Below, one piece after another: positions 11,418 through 23,412 of a DNA stretch of 64,000 bases. The stretch is taken from contig JAYPQH010000018.1 in assembly GCA_038131935.1 (NCBI GenBank), forward strand, positions 173,528 to 237,527, read 5' to 3'. A program made the translations under genes and the position numbers. The notes beneath the pieces were generated by a model. The model did not search any database. It saw only the letters and a list, made by a program, of their open reading frames with translations, and had not been told where the DNA came from. Every line of letters starts with the position of its first letter. Within the stretch, counting starts at the first letter, position 1. Source of the stretch: Alphaproteobacteria bacterium. GTDB lineage: Bacteria; Pseudomonadota; Alphaproteobacteria; UBA8317.

Positions 11418-12290
11418 ATGGCCCAGGAATTATCTGCTTATAGCCCCGCTGAAGTTTGGCATTGGGATGCCGAAAATGGTGGCGAATTCGCCTCTATTAA
11501 CCGCCCCATTGCAGGCCCTACCCATGAAAAAGAACTCCCCTTGGGCAAGCATCCCTTCCAACTTTACTCCCTTGCGACACCCAATGGTGTCAAGGTGACG
11601 GTGATGTTTGAAGAATTGCTCGCCGCAGGTCATCAAGACGCAGAATATGATGCCTGGCTGATCAATATTCGCGAAGGTCAACAGTTTTCTAGCGGGTTCG
11701 TAGATGTGAACCCCAACTCCAAGATACCGGCTCTATTGGACCGCTCAGGTGCCGAACCAGTGCGGGTTTTTGAATCAGGTGCCATCCTGCTGCATTTGGC
11801 AGAAAAATTTCAAGCCTTCATGCCCAGCGGATCCCAACGCGCGGAAATCCTCTCTTGGTTGTTTTGGCAAATGGGCAGTGCCCCTTACCTCGGCGGTGGC
11901 TTTGGACATTTTTATGCCTACGCCCCCATGAAAATCGAATATGCGATTGACCGTTTTACCATGGAGACCAAGCGTCAATTGGATGTGCTTGAGCGTGAAC
12001 TGACCAAAAACCCCTTCATTGGCGGTGATCAATACAGCATTGCGGACATGGCCATTTGGGCATGGTATGGTCAGTTGGTGTTGGGACGCCTTTACAATGC
12101 GGCAACATTTTTGGATGTGGATCATTATAAAGCGGTGAAGGACTGGGCAGAAAAGATCAACGCACGTCCCGCAGTTCTGCGCGGCCGCATGGTGAACAAA
12201 ATTGTTGGTGCCCCTGAACTGCAATTGCATGAACGCCATGACGCATCGGATTTTGAAAGCAAAACCCAAGACAAACTGGGATCAGCGTAA
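11418..12290 (+). CDS. yghU: glutathione-dependent disulfide-bond oxidoreductase (nu-class GST)
   Basis: FASINRPIAGPTHEKELP.GKHP, TPNGVKV and C-terminal ERHDASDF. Confidence 0.93.
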   Translation: MAQELSAYSPAEVWHWDAENGGEFASINRPIAGPTHEKELPLGKHPFQLYSLATPNGVKVTVMFEELLAAGHQDAEYDAWLINIREGQQFSSGFVDVNPNSKIPALLDRSGAEPVRVFESGAILLHLAEKFQAFMPSGSQRAEILSWLFWQMGSAPYLGGGFGHFYAYAPMKIEYAIDRFTMETKRQLDVLERELTKNPFIGGDQYSIADMAIWAWYGQLVLGRLYNAATFLDVDHYKAVKDWAEKINARPAVLRGRMVNKIVGAPELQLHERHDASDFESKTQDKLGSA

Positions 12291-12398
12291 TAGCCCTCTT
12301 TGGGTCAGATTGCCGCGATAACCTTCGGTCACTTGAAAGTACTTGGGCTGGGGGATTGGGTTGAGCTACCAAGGCATTAAGGATTAGAATGAGGCCAG

Positions 12399-12434
12399 CA
12401 AAAAAGGCCACAAAAAAAGGCCACAAAAAAAAGG
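12399..12434. repeat. 3-copy tandem repeat C(A)6-8GGCCA upstream of the acyl-CoA dehydrogenase
   Basis: caaaaaaggcca / caaaaaaaggcca / caaaaaaaagg read directly. Confidence 0.8.
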
Positions 12435-12443
12435 AAAACAGCT

Positions 12444-13663
12444 ATGAATTCACAACCTCAGGATATCAAAGCCGAGGCGCAACCGAAAGAAACCAAAGCG
12501 GTGTTCAATTGGGAAGATCCGTTTCTTCTTGATGATCAATTGTCAGAAGACGAGCGCATGGTTCGTGACACAGCTCGTGAATATGCCCAAGCAAAACTTC
12601 AACCTCGGGTTCGTTCCGCATTTGAGGAAGAGAGATTTGACCGTGAAATCATGAACGAACTGGGTGAGTTGGGCCTCTTGGGCAGCACCATCCCTGAAAC
12701 CTATGGCTGTGCGGGTGTGAACCATGTTTGTTATGGTTTGGTTGCCCGAGAAATCGAGCGGGTGGATTCTGGCTATCGTTCTGCCATGTCGGTGCAATCT
12801 TCCCTCGTGATGCATCCTATTTATAGCTTCGGTTCTGAAAGAACAGCGTCAGAAATTTTTGCCAAAATTGGCGACCGGTGAATGGGTTGGCTGTTTTGGT
12901 TTAACCGAACCTGATTATGGTTCAGATCCAGGTTCCATGCGCACCGTGCGGAACCGGTTGATGGTGGTATCTGTTAACCGGCAACAAAATGTGGATCTCA
13001 AATTCTCCGATTGCTGATGTTGCTGTTGTTTGGGGCAAATTAAATGGTGAGATCCGTGGCTTCTTGGTAGAACGTGGCATGGAAGGTTTTTCCACCCCAA
13101 AAATTGAAGGCAAGCTATCTTTACGCGCCTCCATCACAGGCGAAATCGTGTTGGACAATTGTTTTGTTCCTGAAGAAAATCTTCTACCCCATGTTAAGGG
13201 GTTAAAAGGGCCCTTCAGCTGCTTGAACAAGGCCCGTTTTGGCATTGCCTGGGGTGCTTTGGGGGCTGCAGAGTTCTGCTGGACAGCAGCCAGGCAATAC
13301 ACCATGGATCGGCAACAATTTGGACGACCCTTGGCTGCCAACCAGCTCATCCAAAAGAAACTTGCAGATATGCAAACCGAGATCAGCTTAGGGTTACAAG
13401 GCTGCCTGCGGGTAGGTCGTATGCTCGATGACAAAACATGTGCGGTTGAAAATATTTCTCTGATCAAGCGCAATTCTTGTGGCAAAGCGCTTGATATCGC
13501 ACGCATGGCGCGTGACATGCATGGTGGCAACGGGATTTCCGGTGAGTATCATGTCATCCGCCATATGGTGAACCTTGAAACGGTCAACACCTATGAAGGC
13601 ACCCATGATGTACATGCGCTTATTTTGGGCCGTGCACAAACAGGTCTTCAAGCATTCTGCTGA
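12444..13663 (+). CDS. gcdH: glutaryl-CoA dehydrogenase, interrupted by small indels at about 12840-12970
   Basis: [36 protein letters not shown] (intermediate frame), MWISNSP and [15 protein letters not shown] motifs. Confidence 0.9.
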
Positions 13664-13750
13664 TCACAGGCATTTAAAGATCATAAAGAACAAAAGGCCT
13701 GAAATAAAATTAAATAAATAGGCCCAAAAAGATGAAGGCCCAAGATAGAT

Positions 13751-13777
13751 AAAAGGGATGTCTAAGCATCCCTTTTT
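13751..13777. terminator. probable bidirectional intrinsic terminator
   Basis: aaaagggatg-tctaag-catcccttttt hairpin between the convergent gcdH and rpmB genes. Confidence 0.7.
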
Positions 13778-14045
13778 ATTGTGACCTGCATTCAATTTCT
13801 AAGGGCTTTGTTCTTGATGTTCGCAAACATTGATCGCGCAAAATCTCAATCTATCGTGAAGACCCAAGCCACCATTGCAAGATGGCTCACGGCATTTCTT
13901 GCCATTGCCCTTCAGACAGCCGCCCCCTGAGACAGCACGGGCGCAAATATAGACATCTTCTTGAGAAAAAGCGCGCAACAAAAAAGGGCGCACAGGTAAG
14001 AATATACGCCCTTGTTTTTTGAAATTTGTAAAATGTTGTTAAGAT

Positions 14046-14321
14046 TTACGCAGTAGCGATCGCTTTTTTGACCTTGCGTGCCGCATCAGACAACAGATCA
14101 TCCTTGGCTTTGGCAAGGTACATATCCAAACCACCAACCTTGTCCACAGTACGGATCGCACGGGTAGAAACCTTAAAGGTGAAACGACGGCCAAGCTTTT
14201 CGCTCTCAAACGTCACATTGTTGAGGTTGGGTAAGTAGCGGCGGCGAGTTCTGTTGTTGGCATGAGACACATTGTTTCCGGTTAACACACCTTTACCAGT
14301 CAATTCACAACGACGTGCCAT
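14046..14321 (-). CDS. rpmB: 50S ribosomal protein L28
   Basis: [10 protein letters not shown]...[18 protein letters not shown]. Confidence 0.97.
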   Translation of the reverse strand: MARRCELTGKGVLTGNNVSHANNRTRRRYLPNLNNVTFESEKLGRRFTFKVSTRAIRTVDKVGGLDMYLAKAKDDLLSDAARKVKKAIATA

Positions 14322-14497
14322 GGCACACTCCTTACATGTTCTTAGACGTTGCCTCGTGCAACATCATTTTTTCGTAAACTTCATCTTGCATAATGCTTTT
14401 CACATCATGGACATCCAAACATTCAGGCCATCGAACGCCGAACAAGCCATTTAGCTATCCATGAAAGCGGTTCATTACCCTCATGCGCCCTTGTCCG

Positions 14498-15477
14498 TCA
14501 AGCCGTTTTCATATCCAACCAAGCCAACATATCTCCCACCGCAGAGGAAGGGCTACGCTCACCGCGATGTATATCATCTTTGAGCTGCATTAATTGATTT
14601 TGTATCTCGAGGTCACGCGCAAAACGTTGCCATACAGCAGCTTGCAATTGATTGGTGAAGGCGTCCACGGCTTGTGTTTGTCGTTGTCTTGTAAACTCAC
14701 CACTATCACGAAGTTTTCCAATGGCATCTTCGACCAAGGACCAAAGCTCTGGCACACCATCACCTGTCAATGCAGAGAGTTTCATGACTTGTGGTTGCCA
14801 TGCTTGAAACCTTGGCCGCATCAACCGTAACGCTGAGGCGTGATCGGCCACGGCACGTTGGGCAGCGGGCAAAAGGTCACCATCAGCTTTGTTGACCGCC
14901 ACCAGATCCGCCAATTCCATAATGCCACGCTTGATGCCTTGCAATTCATCACCCCCGCCTGGGGATAACAAGAGAACAAACAAATCACTCAACTCGGCAA
15001 CCGCTGTTTCTGATTGCCCCACCCCAACAGTCTCAACCAACACAACATCAAAGCCTGCAGCTTCCACCAACGCGATGGCGTCGGGTATGTCTGGCCACCC
15101 CCTAAAAAACCCACCTGAGGGGGACGGACGGATATAGGCCATGGGATGTCGTGCCAAGCGCTCCATCCGGGTTTTATCACCCAAAATAGATCCCCCCGTC
15201 CGCTGGGAACTTGGATCTACCGCCAACACCGCTACTTTATGGCCTTGCTCCACCAAATGAAGCCCCAAACATTCAATAAAGGTAGATTTACCCACCCCTG
15301 GTGTTCCACTAAGCCCCAGCCTTATGCTGACGGAACTGTTGGCAGTTGGTCCAACAAGTCATGAGCTTGTGCCTGATGTTGGAGATTTGAGGACTCGACC
15401 AGCGTGATAGCGCGTGCGAGCACCCGCCGATCACCATTGGCCAAGCCTTCAAGATATTTGTCTGTGCCCAGCACCAA
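14498..15477 (-). CDS. meaB: methylmalonyl-CoA mutase-associated GTPase, frameshifted near 15345
   Basis: GDRRVLARAITLVES in one frame, then RLGLSGTPGVGKST, AVDPSS, VETVGVGQSE and GDELQGIKRG in the next; directly downstream of the mutase. Confidence 0.92.
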
Positions 15478-17616
15478 TCACCCTCTTGCTTCCAGCAAAT
15501 CAATGATATCTTGAGCAGCTTTGGGGATAGAGGTCCCAGGACCAAATATTGCCGCCACCCCTGCAGCCTTTAAAAAATCATAATCTTGGGCGGGGATAAC
15601 CCCCCCACATACCACCAAGACGTCGCCTGCACCTTTATCTTTGAGCGCATCGATCAATTCAGGGATTAAGGTTTTATGGCCAGCGGCTTGGGATGATATA
15701 CCCACCACATGGACATCATTATCGATGGCGTCTTGTGCTGCTTCTTCTGGGGTTTGGAACAAAGGCCCCACATCAATGTCAAAGCCTGCATCTGCAAATG
15801 CCGTTGCAATCACCTTTGCACCACGGTCATGACCATCTTGCCCCAATTTGGCAACCAGCATCCTTGGACGGCGGCCCTCATGCTCAGCAAATTGATCCAA
15901 GCGGGATTTAAGTTCTGCAAAACCCTCATCAGCGCCATACGCATCACCATAAACCCCTGAGATGGAGCGAATTTCTGCGCGATGCCGACCGAACACAGAT
16001 TCCATGGCATCAGAAATCTCACCCACTGTCGCCCGAGCGCGTGCACAAGGAATAGCAGCTTCAAGCAGGTTTCCACCTTCTTTGGCCACTTGGGCCAAAT
16101 GCGCCAAGGCTTGTTGGCAAGCCGCCTCATCACGTGTTGAACGTATCTGGTTCAGCCTTGCAATTTGGGCTTCACGAACCTTGGTGTTATCAATATCCAA
16201 AATATCTATGGGGTCTTGGCTCGTAGGTTGATACTTGTTCACCCCAACGATGATCTCTTCGCCCCGGTCAATAGAGGCTTGTTTGCGTGCAGCCGCTTCT
16301 TCAATCCGGAGTTTGGGAATACCTTGCTCCACAGCTTTGGTCATCCCACCCATGGCTTCGATATCTTGAATAATCGCCCAAGCATCATCCACCAACTGCT
16401 TGGTCAAGCTCTCTATATAATAAGATCCACCCAACGGATCGACCACCTTGGTCACCCCGGTCTCATGCTGCAAAATCAACTGGGTATTCCGTGCGATGCG
16501 TGATGAGAATGCCGTGGGCAGCGCAATTGCTTCATCAAAGGAGTTGGTGTGCAAAGATTGGGTTCCACCCAACACCGCTGCCATGGCTTCCACCGCCGTG
16601 CGCACCACATTGTTGTAAGGATCTTGCTCGGTCAAAGATACACCCGAGGTCTGACAATGGGTACGCAACATGAGGCTTGCGGGCTTTTGCGGTTCAAAAG
16701 GCTTCATCACGCGCGCCCAAAGGGTTCGGGCAGCACGCAATTTGGCAATCTCCATGAAAAAATTCATGCCAATGGCAAAGAAAAACGACAATCTGGGGGC
16801 AAAAGCATCAACATCCAACCCCGTGGAACGCGCGGCACGCACATATTCCAAACCATCTGCGATGGTGTAGGCAAGTTCTTGAACCTGCGTCGCACCTGCT
16901 TCTTGCATGTGGTAACCAGAAATCGAAATCGAATTGAATTTCGGCATATGGGCTGATGTGTAGCCAATGATATCTGCAATAATCCGCATGGAGGGCTCAG
17001 GGGGGTAGATATAGGTGTTGCGAACCATAAATTCCTTCAGAATATCATTCTGAATGGTACCAGAGAGTTGCGCAACAGACGCACCTTGTTCTTCACCTGC
17101 TACAATAAAGTTTGCCAAGGTTGGAATCACAGCTCCATTCATGGTCATTGATACAGACATCTCAGAGAGCGGAATCCCATCGAACAAAATCTTCATATCT
17201 TCGACGGAGTCAATTGCCACACCCGCTTTACCGACATCGCCTGCAACTCTTGGATGGTCGGAATCATACCCACGATGGGTGGCCAAATCAAAGGCTACAG
17301 ACAAGCCTTTTTGGCCTGACTCCAAGGCTTTGCGGTAAAAAGCATTTGACTCTTCTGCAGTAGAGAAGCCTGCATACTGACGTATCGTCCAGGGACGACC
17401 TGCATACATGCTTGCACGAACCCCACGGGTGTAAGGTGCAAAACCTGGCATTTGATTGACAAAGTCTGCATCCACGTCTTCGGCCGTGTATAAAGGCTTG
17501 ATTTCAATTCCCTCTGGGGTGTCCCAGTTTAACGAAGACAATGGTCGATCGCGTAATTCCTTCTGGGCTAATGCTTCCCAGTCTGACCGACTTTTCTTAT
17601 CAAAACCCTCAGCCAT
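15478..17616 (-). CDS. scpA: methylmalonyl-CoA mutase (B12-dependent)
   Basis: [21 protein letters not shown] and GQDGHDRG (DxHxxG) motifs. Confidence 0.97.
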   Translation of the reverse strand: MAEGFDKKSRSDWEALAQKELRDRPLSSLNWDTPEGIEIKPLYTAEDVDADFVNQMPGFAPYTRGVRASMYAGRPWTIRQYAGFSTAEESNAFYRKALESGQKGLSVAFDLATHRGYDSDHPRVAGDVGKAGVAIDSVEDMKILFDGIPLSEMSVSMTMNGAVIPTLANFIVAGEEQGASVAQLSGTIQNDILKEFMVRNTYIYPPEPSMRIIADIIGYTSAHMPKFNSISISGYHMQEAGATQVQELAYTIADGLEYVRAARSTGLDVDAFAPRLSFFFAIGMNFFMEIAKLRAARTLWARVMKPFEPQKPASLMLRTHCQTSGVSLTEQDPYNNVVRTAVEAMAAVLGGTQSLHTNSFDEAIALPTAFSSRIARNTQLILQHETGVTKVVDPLGGSYYIESLTKQLVDDAWAIIQDIEAMGGMTKAVEQGIPKLRIEEAAARKQASIDRGEEIIVGVNKYQPTSQDPIDILDIDNTKVREAQIARLNQIRSTRDEAACQQALAHLAQVAKEGGNLLEAAIPCARARATVGEISDAMESVFGRHRAEIRSISGVYGDAYGADEGFAELKSRLDQFAEHEGRRPRMLVAKLGQDGHDRGAKVIATAFADAGFDIDVGPLFQTPEEAAQDAIDNDVHVVGISSQAAGHKTLIPELIDALKDKGAGDVLVVCGGVIPAQDYDFLKAAGVAAIFGPGTSIPKAAQDIIDLLEARG

Positions 17617-17833
17617 GTTTCTTCACCTCGTAATGTCAATGATGTCAACAGGTCAGATGTGATCCTTTTGCACGCCAAGGTCAACCAATCTCTCACTTTT
17701 GTGAGACCAAAGGCAAAAAAAGACCTTTATCTGAGAAGAATGTGAAGCAACATTTGGCTTTCCGGCGTAATGGGGTTACAACAGGCCTGACACAAATGGC
17801 GATGACCAACCCTAGAAGACGTGGTCGAAGGGG

Positions 17834-20800
17834 ATGGCAACGAAAGAGGCAATAATGGCAGGGGTATCAGATCAAGCGCGTCCGGGTTGGATCACTGCCG
17901 TTTTGGGCCCCACCAATACAGGCAAAACCCATTATGCCGTTACCCGAATGCTGGCCAATCCCACAGGAATGATCGGCTTACCGTTGCGTCTACTTGCACG
18001 GGAAGTGTATGACCGCGTGGTCGCACGCGTAGGTGCAGCCAGTACGGCTTTGATGACGGGAGAAGAAAAAATCATCCCCAAAAATGTTCGTTTTTGGGTT
18101 TGTACGGTTGAATCCATGCCCATGGATATCTCCGTCGACTTTTTGGCGGTCGATGAGATCCAACTTGCCCAAGATCCCGAGCGCGGCCATGTTTTTACGG
18201 ATCGACTGCTGCATGCCAGAGGACGTCATGAGACCATGTTCATGGGTGCCTCGACCATGGCACCTTTATTGCAGCGTTTAGTACCTGAATTAACCATCCA
18301 ATCACGCGAACGCATGTCCACATTGAGTTATGGGGGGATCAAAAAAATATCCCGCCTCCCCCGACGCTCTGCCATCGTGGCGTTCTCGGCCAACGAGGTC
18401 TACGAAATCGCGGAGTGGATCAGGCGGCAAAAAGGCGGAGCTGCAGTGGTATTGGGAGCTTTGTCCCCACGCACCCGAAACGCGCAAGTGGCCCTTTATG
18501 AAGAAGGTGAAGTCGATTACCTGGTGGCAACGGATGCCATAGGCATGGGCTTAAACATGGATGTCCATCACGTTGCCTTCGCAGGACTTGAAAAATTTGA
18601 TGGCAAATTGGTGCGCAGGCTTAGGGATGATGAGCTGGCACAAATTGCAGGGCGCGCAGGACGCTTCCAACGTGATGGTAGCTTTGGAACCACAGGTTCT
18701 GCTGAAGATTTAAACCCTGAGACCATCGAGCATATTGAAGAACATCGCTTTCCCCCAGTGACCCAGGTTTGTTGGCGAAACGGCATCCTCGATTACCGCT
18801 CACCACAAGCCTTGTTATCAAGTCTTGAACGCGGCTCATCACAAGATATCTTGATAAGGGGCCGGGAGGCATCGGATGCGTTAACCTTGCGGCAAATGTC
18901 CCGAGATGAAGACATACAAAAACGGGCACAATCATTATCGCGGACCAAATTGCTATGGGATGTGGCGCAAATTCCGGACTTCCGCAAAACACTGCATTCT
19001 GAACATGTGGTGTTGCTCATGGAGGCATTTAAACAACTCTGTGATCAGGGGCATTTGCTGGAAGATTGGATTGCGGGTCATGTGGGAAGGTTGGACCGTT
19101 TTGATGGCGGCATTGATGCGTTACAGACACGCTTGGCATTTATCCGCACGTGGACATACATGTCACATAGACCTAATTGGTTGCGCGATAGCAAATATTG
19201 GCAGCAACGCACGCGAGATATTGAGGACAAACTCTCAGATGCGTTACATGAGAGTTTGATGGGCCGCTTTGTTGATAGGCGCACTTCGGTCCTGATGAAA
19301 CGCCTAAGGGAGAAACAAGATTTGATGGCGGAAGTGGATGATGATGGCAACATCACCGTAGAGGGTGAAGTTGTGGGAAAACTTGATGGGTTTCGCTTCT
19401 CAGCGGATACCAGCAGCGGGGACATTCATGCCAAGACGTTGAAGGCAGCCGCAGCTCAAGTTCTGGCGGACCAACTCACACGTCGGGCCAATCAGCTGGC
19501 CGGTGCCAAAAACCCTATATCGATTGCCATTGATGGCGGCATACTCTGGTCGGGCAGTATTATAGGCAGATTGGAAAAAGGTGATGCCCCCTTGCGCCCT
19601 CGGGTCCAGCTTTATGTAGATGACCATATGCCCGCCCCCATCAGGGACAAATTGCGCGAGCATATTGAAGGCAGGGTTACCCAAGAAATCGATAACCGCC
19701 TTGGACCTTTACGAAAGATGGAGTCTGGGGAAGAACTCACAGCCAATGCACGCGCCATGGCTTTTAGGCTTTATGAGGCCAAAGGCTGCTTGATGCGCCG
19801 TGACGTGCAGGATCTGATGGCAAGCCTAGGCCAGGAAGATCGTCAAGGTTTACGGGGCTTGGGCACCCGTTTTGCCCAACATGCCATTTACCTTCCACTC
19901 TTGTTAAAGCCCCATGCACTGACCTTGAAAGCCGCTCTTTGGGCCTTGTTTGAGGGTAAACCCGCAATTGAACCACCCCCTCCTGGGTTGGTCACCATCA
20001 CCCGCGACCCACAATTGCCAAACAGCTATTATCACGAGAATGGTTTCATGCCGTTTCAGCGGGTGGCAGCCCGTGTGGACATGACAGACAGGCTTACAGA
20101 ATCCATTCGCAAAGAATGCGATAACGAAAGCCAAACCCCTAAAGGCATGTTTATCATCACCCCAGACCTCATGTCCTTGGTGGGCCGGTCAGGGGAGGAC
20201 TTTGAAGATATCCTCAAAGGCCTTGGTTATCGGGAAACTGAGCCCTTCACACCCAAGACAGAAGAAGAAGCGATCGCAACGGATAATACCTCCACAGCTG
20301 AGGAGGCCTCTTCCCAAGAGCCAAGCATCTCAGCAACCCCAGATGCAACAGAAGAAAATGAAGCGCATCAGCATGGCCAAGATGGTGAAATATCAGAAGC
20401 GCAAACCGCTGAGGGACAACACGAGCATCTTACAGACAAAGAACAAGTTCTTGAACCAGGACCCCAAGAACCCCAAGAAGCAGCTCCTTTGGCCGATACC
20501 GTTTCTTCCCCAATGGTTGATGAAAGCGCCCCCTCTGGAGATCTTGACGAGGGACAAGTCGAACCAAAATCCATCATGGAACAAGACGAGAATGCAGCCG
20601 TTGGCCAGTCTGATGATCTTGTCTCAACATCAGAAAATGAAGGAGTAAGCCCAACAGAAGAGCCTGATGCAAAACCTATCATGTTATGGCGCTTTAGGCC
20701 TCCACGTCCTGAGCGACGTGATGGCAACCGGGGAAGACGGGCAGCATTTTCAAACCCCACATATGGCCAAAAAGACAATGCTGAGAAAGGTGAAGGGCGT

Positions 20801-21019
20801 GAAGAGCGTCGTCCCCAAAAGGCATACAAAGACAACCAAAAGCCCAGATCAAAACCCACACATGGCGAAGATGGGGGTTCCAAACGACCAAGGGGGAAAA
20901 AACCGCGTCCACAGGATCAGCGGACCCCAAGCCGCATGGAAGCAAAACCCCAAGGGAAGCCCGCCAGTATAGATCCTGATTCACCTTTTGCAGTGCTCGC
21001 CAAATTTAAAAACCGGTGA
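17834..21019 (+). CDS. SUV3-like/MgpS-type SF2 ATP-dependent helicase with low-complexity C-terminal tail
   Basis: GPTNTGKT, DEIQ, ATDAIGMGLN and QIAGRAGR motifs; terminal DPDSPFAVLAK motif. Confidence 0.92.
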   Translation: MATKEAIMAGVSDQARPGWITAVLGPTNTGKTHYAVTRMLANPTGMIGLPLRLLAREVYDRVVARVGAASTALMTGEEKIIPKNVRFWVCTVESMPMDISVDFLAVDEIQLAQDPERGHVFTDRLLHARGRHETMFMGASTMAPLLQRLVPELTIQSRERMSTLSYGGIKKISRLPRRSAIVAFSANEVYEIAEWIRRQKGGAAVVLGALSPRTRNAQVALYEEGEVDYLVATDAIGMGLNMDVHHVAFAGLEKFDGKLVRRLRDDELAQIAGRAGRFQRDGSFGTTGSAEDLNPETIEHIEEHRFPPVTQVCWRNGILDYRSPQALLSSLERGSSQDILIRGREASDALTLRQMSRDEDIQKRAQSLSRTKLLWDVAQIPDFRKTLHSEHVVLLMEAFKQLCDQGHLLEDWIAGHVGRLDRFDGGIDALQTRLAFIRTWTYMSHRPNWLRDSKYWQQRTRDIEDKLSDALHESLMGRFVDRRTSVLMKRLREKQDLMAEVDDDGNITVEGEVVGKLDGFRFSADTSSGDIHAKTLKAAAAQVLADQLTRRANQLAGAKNPISIAIDGGILWSGSIIGRLEKGDAPLRPRVQLYVDDHMPAPIRDKLREHIEGRVTQEIDNRLGPLRKMESGEELTANARAMAFRLYEAKGCLMRRDVQDLMASLGQEDRQGLRGLGTRFAQHAIYLPLLLKPHALTLKAALWALFEGKPAIEPPPPGLVTITRDPQLPNSYYHENGFMPFQRVAARVDMTDRLTESIRKECDNESQTPKGMFIITPDLMSLVGRSGEDFEDILKGLGYRETEPFTPKTEEEAIATDNTSTAEEASSQEPSISATPDATEENEAHQHGQDGEISEAQTAEGQHEHLTDKEQVLEPGPQEPQEAAPLADTVSSPMVDESAPSGDLDEGQVEPKSIMEQDENAAVGQSDDLVSTSENEGVSPTEEPDAKPIMLWRFRPPRPERRDGNRGRRAAFSNPTYGQKDNAEKGEGREERRPQKAYKDNQKPRSKPTHGEDGGSKRPRGKKPRPQDQRTPSRMEAKPQGKPASIDPDSPFAVLAKFKNR

Positions 21020-21220
21020 TCCTCAAAGCCCATCATGTTGGGCTTTATGTCAAGCCATGCGCTGCGTGGGTTAATTCCTGATCCCTTACCGCACCTCTTG
21101 TGAGGTCTGGCTAAGGGATCAGGTTTTGTTATGGAAATTTCTTGACCAAAAAGAAATGAAACGGACAAAATTTCTTATGGCATCTCAGTCGGTAGCTCAG
21201 CTGATCGTTCAGTTGGCAGG

Positions 21221-21613
21221 TCAGTTGTCAGGGTTGGCGATTTCAATCAGGTTTCCTTCTGGGTCGCGCATATAAATGGAACGAATGGCACCAGAGGCTC
21301 CATTACGAGGCACGGGGCCTAAAAAGACATCCACATGATGGGCTTGCAGATGTGCCATCCATGCATCCACTGGCTCATCTGACAAAAAACAAAAATCACC
21401 AGCACCTGGGATAGGTTGATGGGCATGAGGCTGAAACTCCTTGCCCTCAACATGGATGTTGATCTTGTGCGGTCCAAAATGCATGGCATGGCGCTCATCA
21501 CCTTCTGTGGACACAAAATGCTCATGCCGCATTCCTAAAATTTTATAAAAATCAACAACTTTCTGCACGTCACGCACGGTGATCACCACATGGTCAAGAT
21601 GTCTTACCTGCAT
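21221..21613 (-). CDS. VOC (glyoxalase-like) family protein
   Basis: LDHVVITV, GPV.R.GA.G.IRSIY.RDPEGNLIEI motifs. Confidence 0.88.
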   Translation of the reverse strand: MQVRHLDHVVITVRDVQKVVDFYKILGMRHEHFVSTEGDERHAMHFGPHKINIHVEGKEFQPHAHQPIPGAGDFCFLSDEPVDAWMAHLQAHHVDVFLGPVPRNGASGAIRSIYMRDPEGNLIEIANPDN

Positions 21614-23067
21614 TGTCCTTCTCCGATTTCCAATTGGGCGAGATCCACCAGAACCTCACGGTCTTTATGGGTGCGATAGCGCCGTTGCCATTGATCCTTG
21701 ATCAGCCCGCCATGCTCGCCCAAAAATTCTTTCAAGGGAGCCAAACCATGCCGACCTGCGAAGATATAACATCCCTCTTCCTCCACAGAAAAGGGATAGG
21801 CCATCTCGTAATGGTTACCAGGATGGCCACGTGTCAGGGCACGAATTTGGGTGACCTCATGATCAAGACGGTACACAAGCAATGACAACAATTTGCGGTC
21901 ATGGCTCAGCAATTTATAATTTGGTTTTACAACATCCGCCATGTCAGCAGCCAAGGCATCTGCGAACCGAAACCTTTTGGCTAGATCATAGCGGTCATCC
22001 CATTGGGTATGATGCTGCGCAACCAAAACTTGCGCAAATGGCAATCCCAAGGTCAAAAGGATCCCAAAAGCGCAAGAAATCTGCATCCAGACCCGACGAT
22101 TTTGTTGCAAAAGGCTGATGGCCACCACCAGGGATGCTGCGACATAAACAGGTGCTGCCCAATTGGCATGGGCACGTGACAACAAGCTTTGTATGACAAT
22201 CACAAGCAACAAAGGCCACACCCAGACCAACAACAAGCGTATTTGAGGCAATCCTGCGCCAAAGCATGCCTTCCAGCTCGCCATCATCAGCGCCAGCATC
22301 AACAAGGGCCCAAAAATGCCAAATTGTGCGATCATAAATTCAAGCATATGGTCAGGATGAAACAAAGGTCCATCAAGGGCTGCGTTCTCACCCACATGAC
22401 GAAAAGAAGCAAAATCGTTTTGGGCATTCCAGTAAAGATTGGGGGCCATGACCAAGAAAGCCATGACCAAAAACACCAATATACCAGGCCATATTTTAGG
22501 CCTTTGGACGGAGAACCACCAACTCAGCACCACCATAAGAAAAATCGAGAGGGCTGTGTATTTGCCCAACATCGCCAAACCACATCCCAGACCTGCCCAA
22601 AAAAACCCGATAATGGGGCGATGTTGGGCACGCACCACACCATATAATGCCAATGTCCAGCCCAACATCATGGGGGGATCGGTGCTTGCAATATTCGATG
22701 AATAGGCCACAGCCGGTAAGGTGAGGTACAAAAGGCCAGCCCATCGCCCCCCCGATACCCCCAAAAGCTCCGCAATGCGAACAAGCAAAAGGGCAATCAG
22801 CCCATGGATGACCACAATAAAAAAGCGCAACCCTAAGGGATTATGACCCCATATCCATTCCCCTAAGGCAATCAGCCAACCCAACAAGGGAGGTTTTGAA
22901 TAGTGCCCGAATGCCGCTTCTTGTCCATAGGCCCAATATTGCCCCTCATCGGGCCCCACAGGAAATCCTGCAAAGGCAAGCCCCAAGAAACGGGCCATCA
23001 ATAGTGCCGCAAAAAGGCCCCAAAACCATTGGGGTGCAAGATCTTGATTAGGATTGCTTGCGGTCAT
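21604..23067 (-). CDS. ArnT/PMT_2-type (GT-C) membrane glycosyltransferase
   Basis: DEGQYW..G....GHYSKPPL, KYT, PNLYWN and ANWAAP motifs; many transmembrane segments. Confidence 0.85.
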   Translation of the reverse strand: MTASNPNQDLAPQWFWGLFAALLMARFLGLAFAGFPVGPDEGQYWAYGQEAAFGHYSKPPLLGWLIALGEWIWGHNPLGLRFFIVVIHGLIALLLVRIAELLGVSGGRWAGLLYLTLPAVAYSSNIASTDPPMMLGWTLALYGVVRAQHRPIIGFFWAGLGCGLAMLGKYTALSIFLMVVLSWWFSVQRPKIWPGILVFLVMAFLVMAPNLYWNAQNDFASFRHVGENAALDGPLFHPDHMLEFMIAQFGIFGPLLMLALMMASWKACFGAGLPQIRLLLVWVWPLLLVIVIQSLLSRAHANWAAPVYVAASLVVAISLLQQNRRVWMQISCAFGILLTLGLPFAQVLVAQHHTQWDDRYDLAKRFRFADALAADMADVVKPNYKLLSHDRKLLSLLVYRLDHEVTQIRALTRGHPGNHYEMAYPFSVEEEGCYIFAGRHGLAPLKEFLGEHGGLIKDQWQRRYRTHKDREVLVDLAQLEIGEGQCR

Positions 23068-23412
23068 GATCCGCATGATCCTCTTGGTTGTCCCCTACGG
23101 GTGTTTCGGCCATCAGGTCATGCTTTTTACGCCGGTAAATCAACATCAAATTCCGAAAATAGATCACAAAGCCCAAGGATTGCCCGGCAATCACCACAGG
23201 ATCTCGGGTGTAGACCACAGCATAGGTTAACAAACCTGCAGCCCCCACAATCGAAAAGTACCAAAAGGCTACAGGGATGATGGAGCGCCCTGCCCGCTCA
23301 GATGCCACCCATTGCACCGCAAAGCGCATAAAAACGCTGCTTGAGCCGCGAAGCCAAAGATCACCCAAGGCTCGTCGAGCTTATCAATCAATTCATAAAA
23401 AATATCACTCAT
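23048..23412 (-). CDS. lipid A biosynthesis N-terminal (LAB_N) domain membrane protein, 1-nt indel near 23330
   Basis: MSDIFYELIDKLDEPWVIFGFAAQAAF joins MRFAVQWVASERAGRSIIPVAFWYFS...DPV.I.GQ; ATGA overlap with the GT2 stop. Confidence 0.85.

Noticed and set aside
20270-21019. Acidic then basic low-complexity tail of the helicase and its overlapping antisense ORFs
   Set aside because: Variable disordered tails ending in DPDSPFA are normal for this helicase family; the antisense ORFs reflect composition bias.
21188-21220. GGTAGCTCAGCTG resembles a tRNA D-arm start
   Set aside because: No anticodon arm, TTC loop or acceptor-stem pairing follows, and the VOC stop codon is about 20 bp later.
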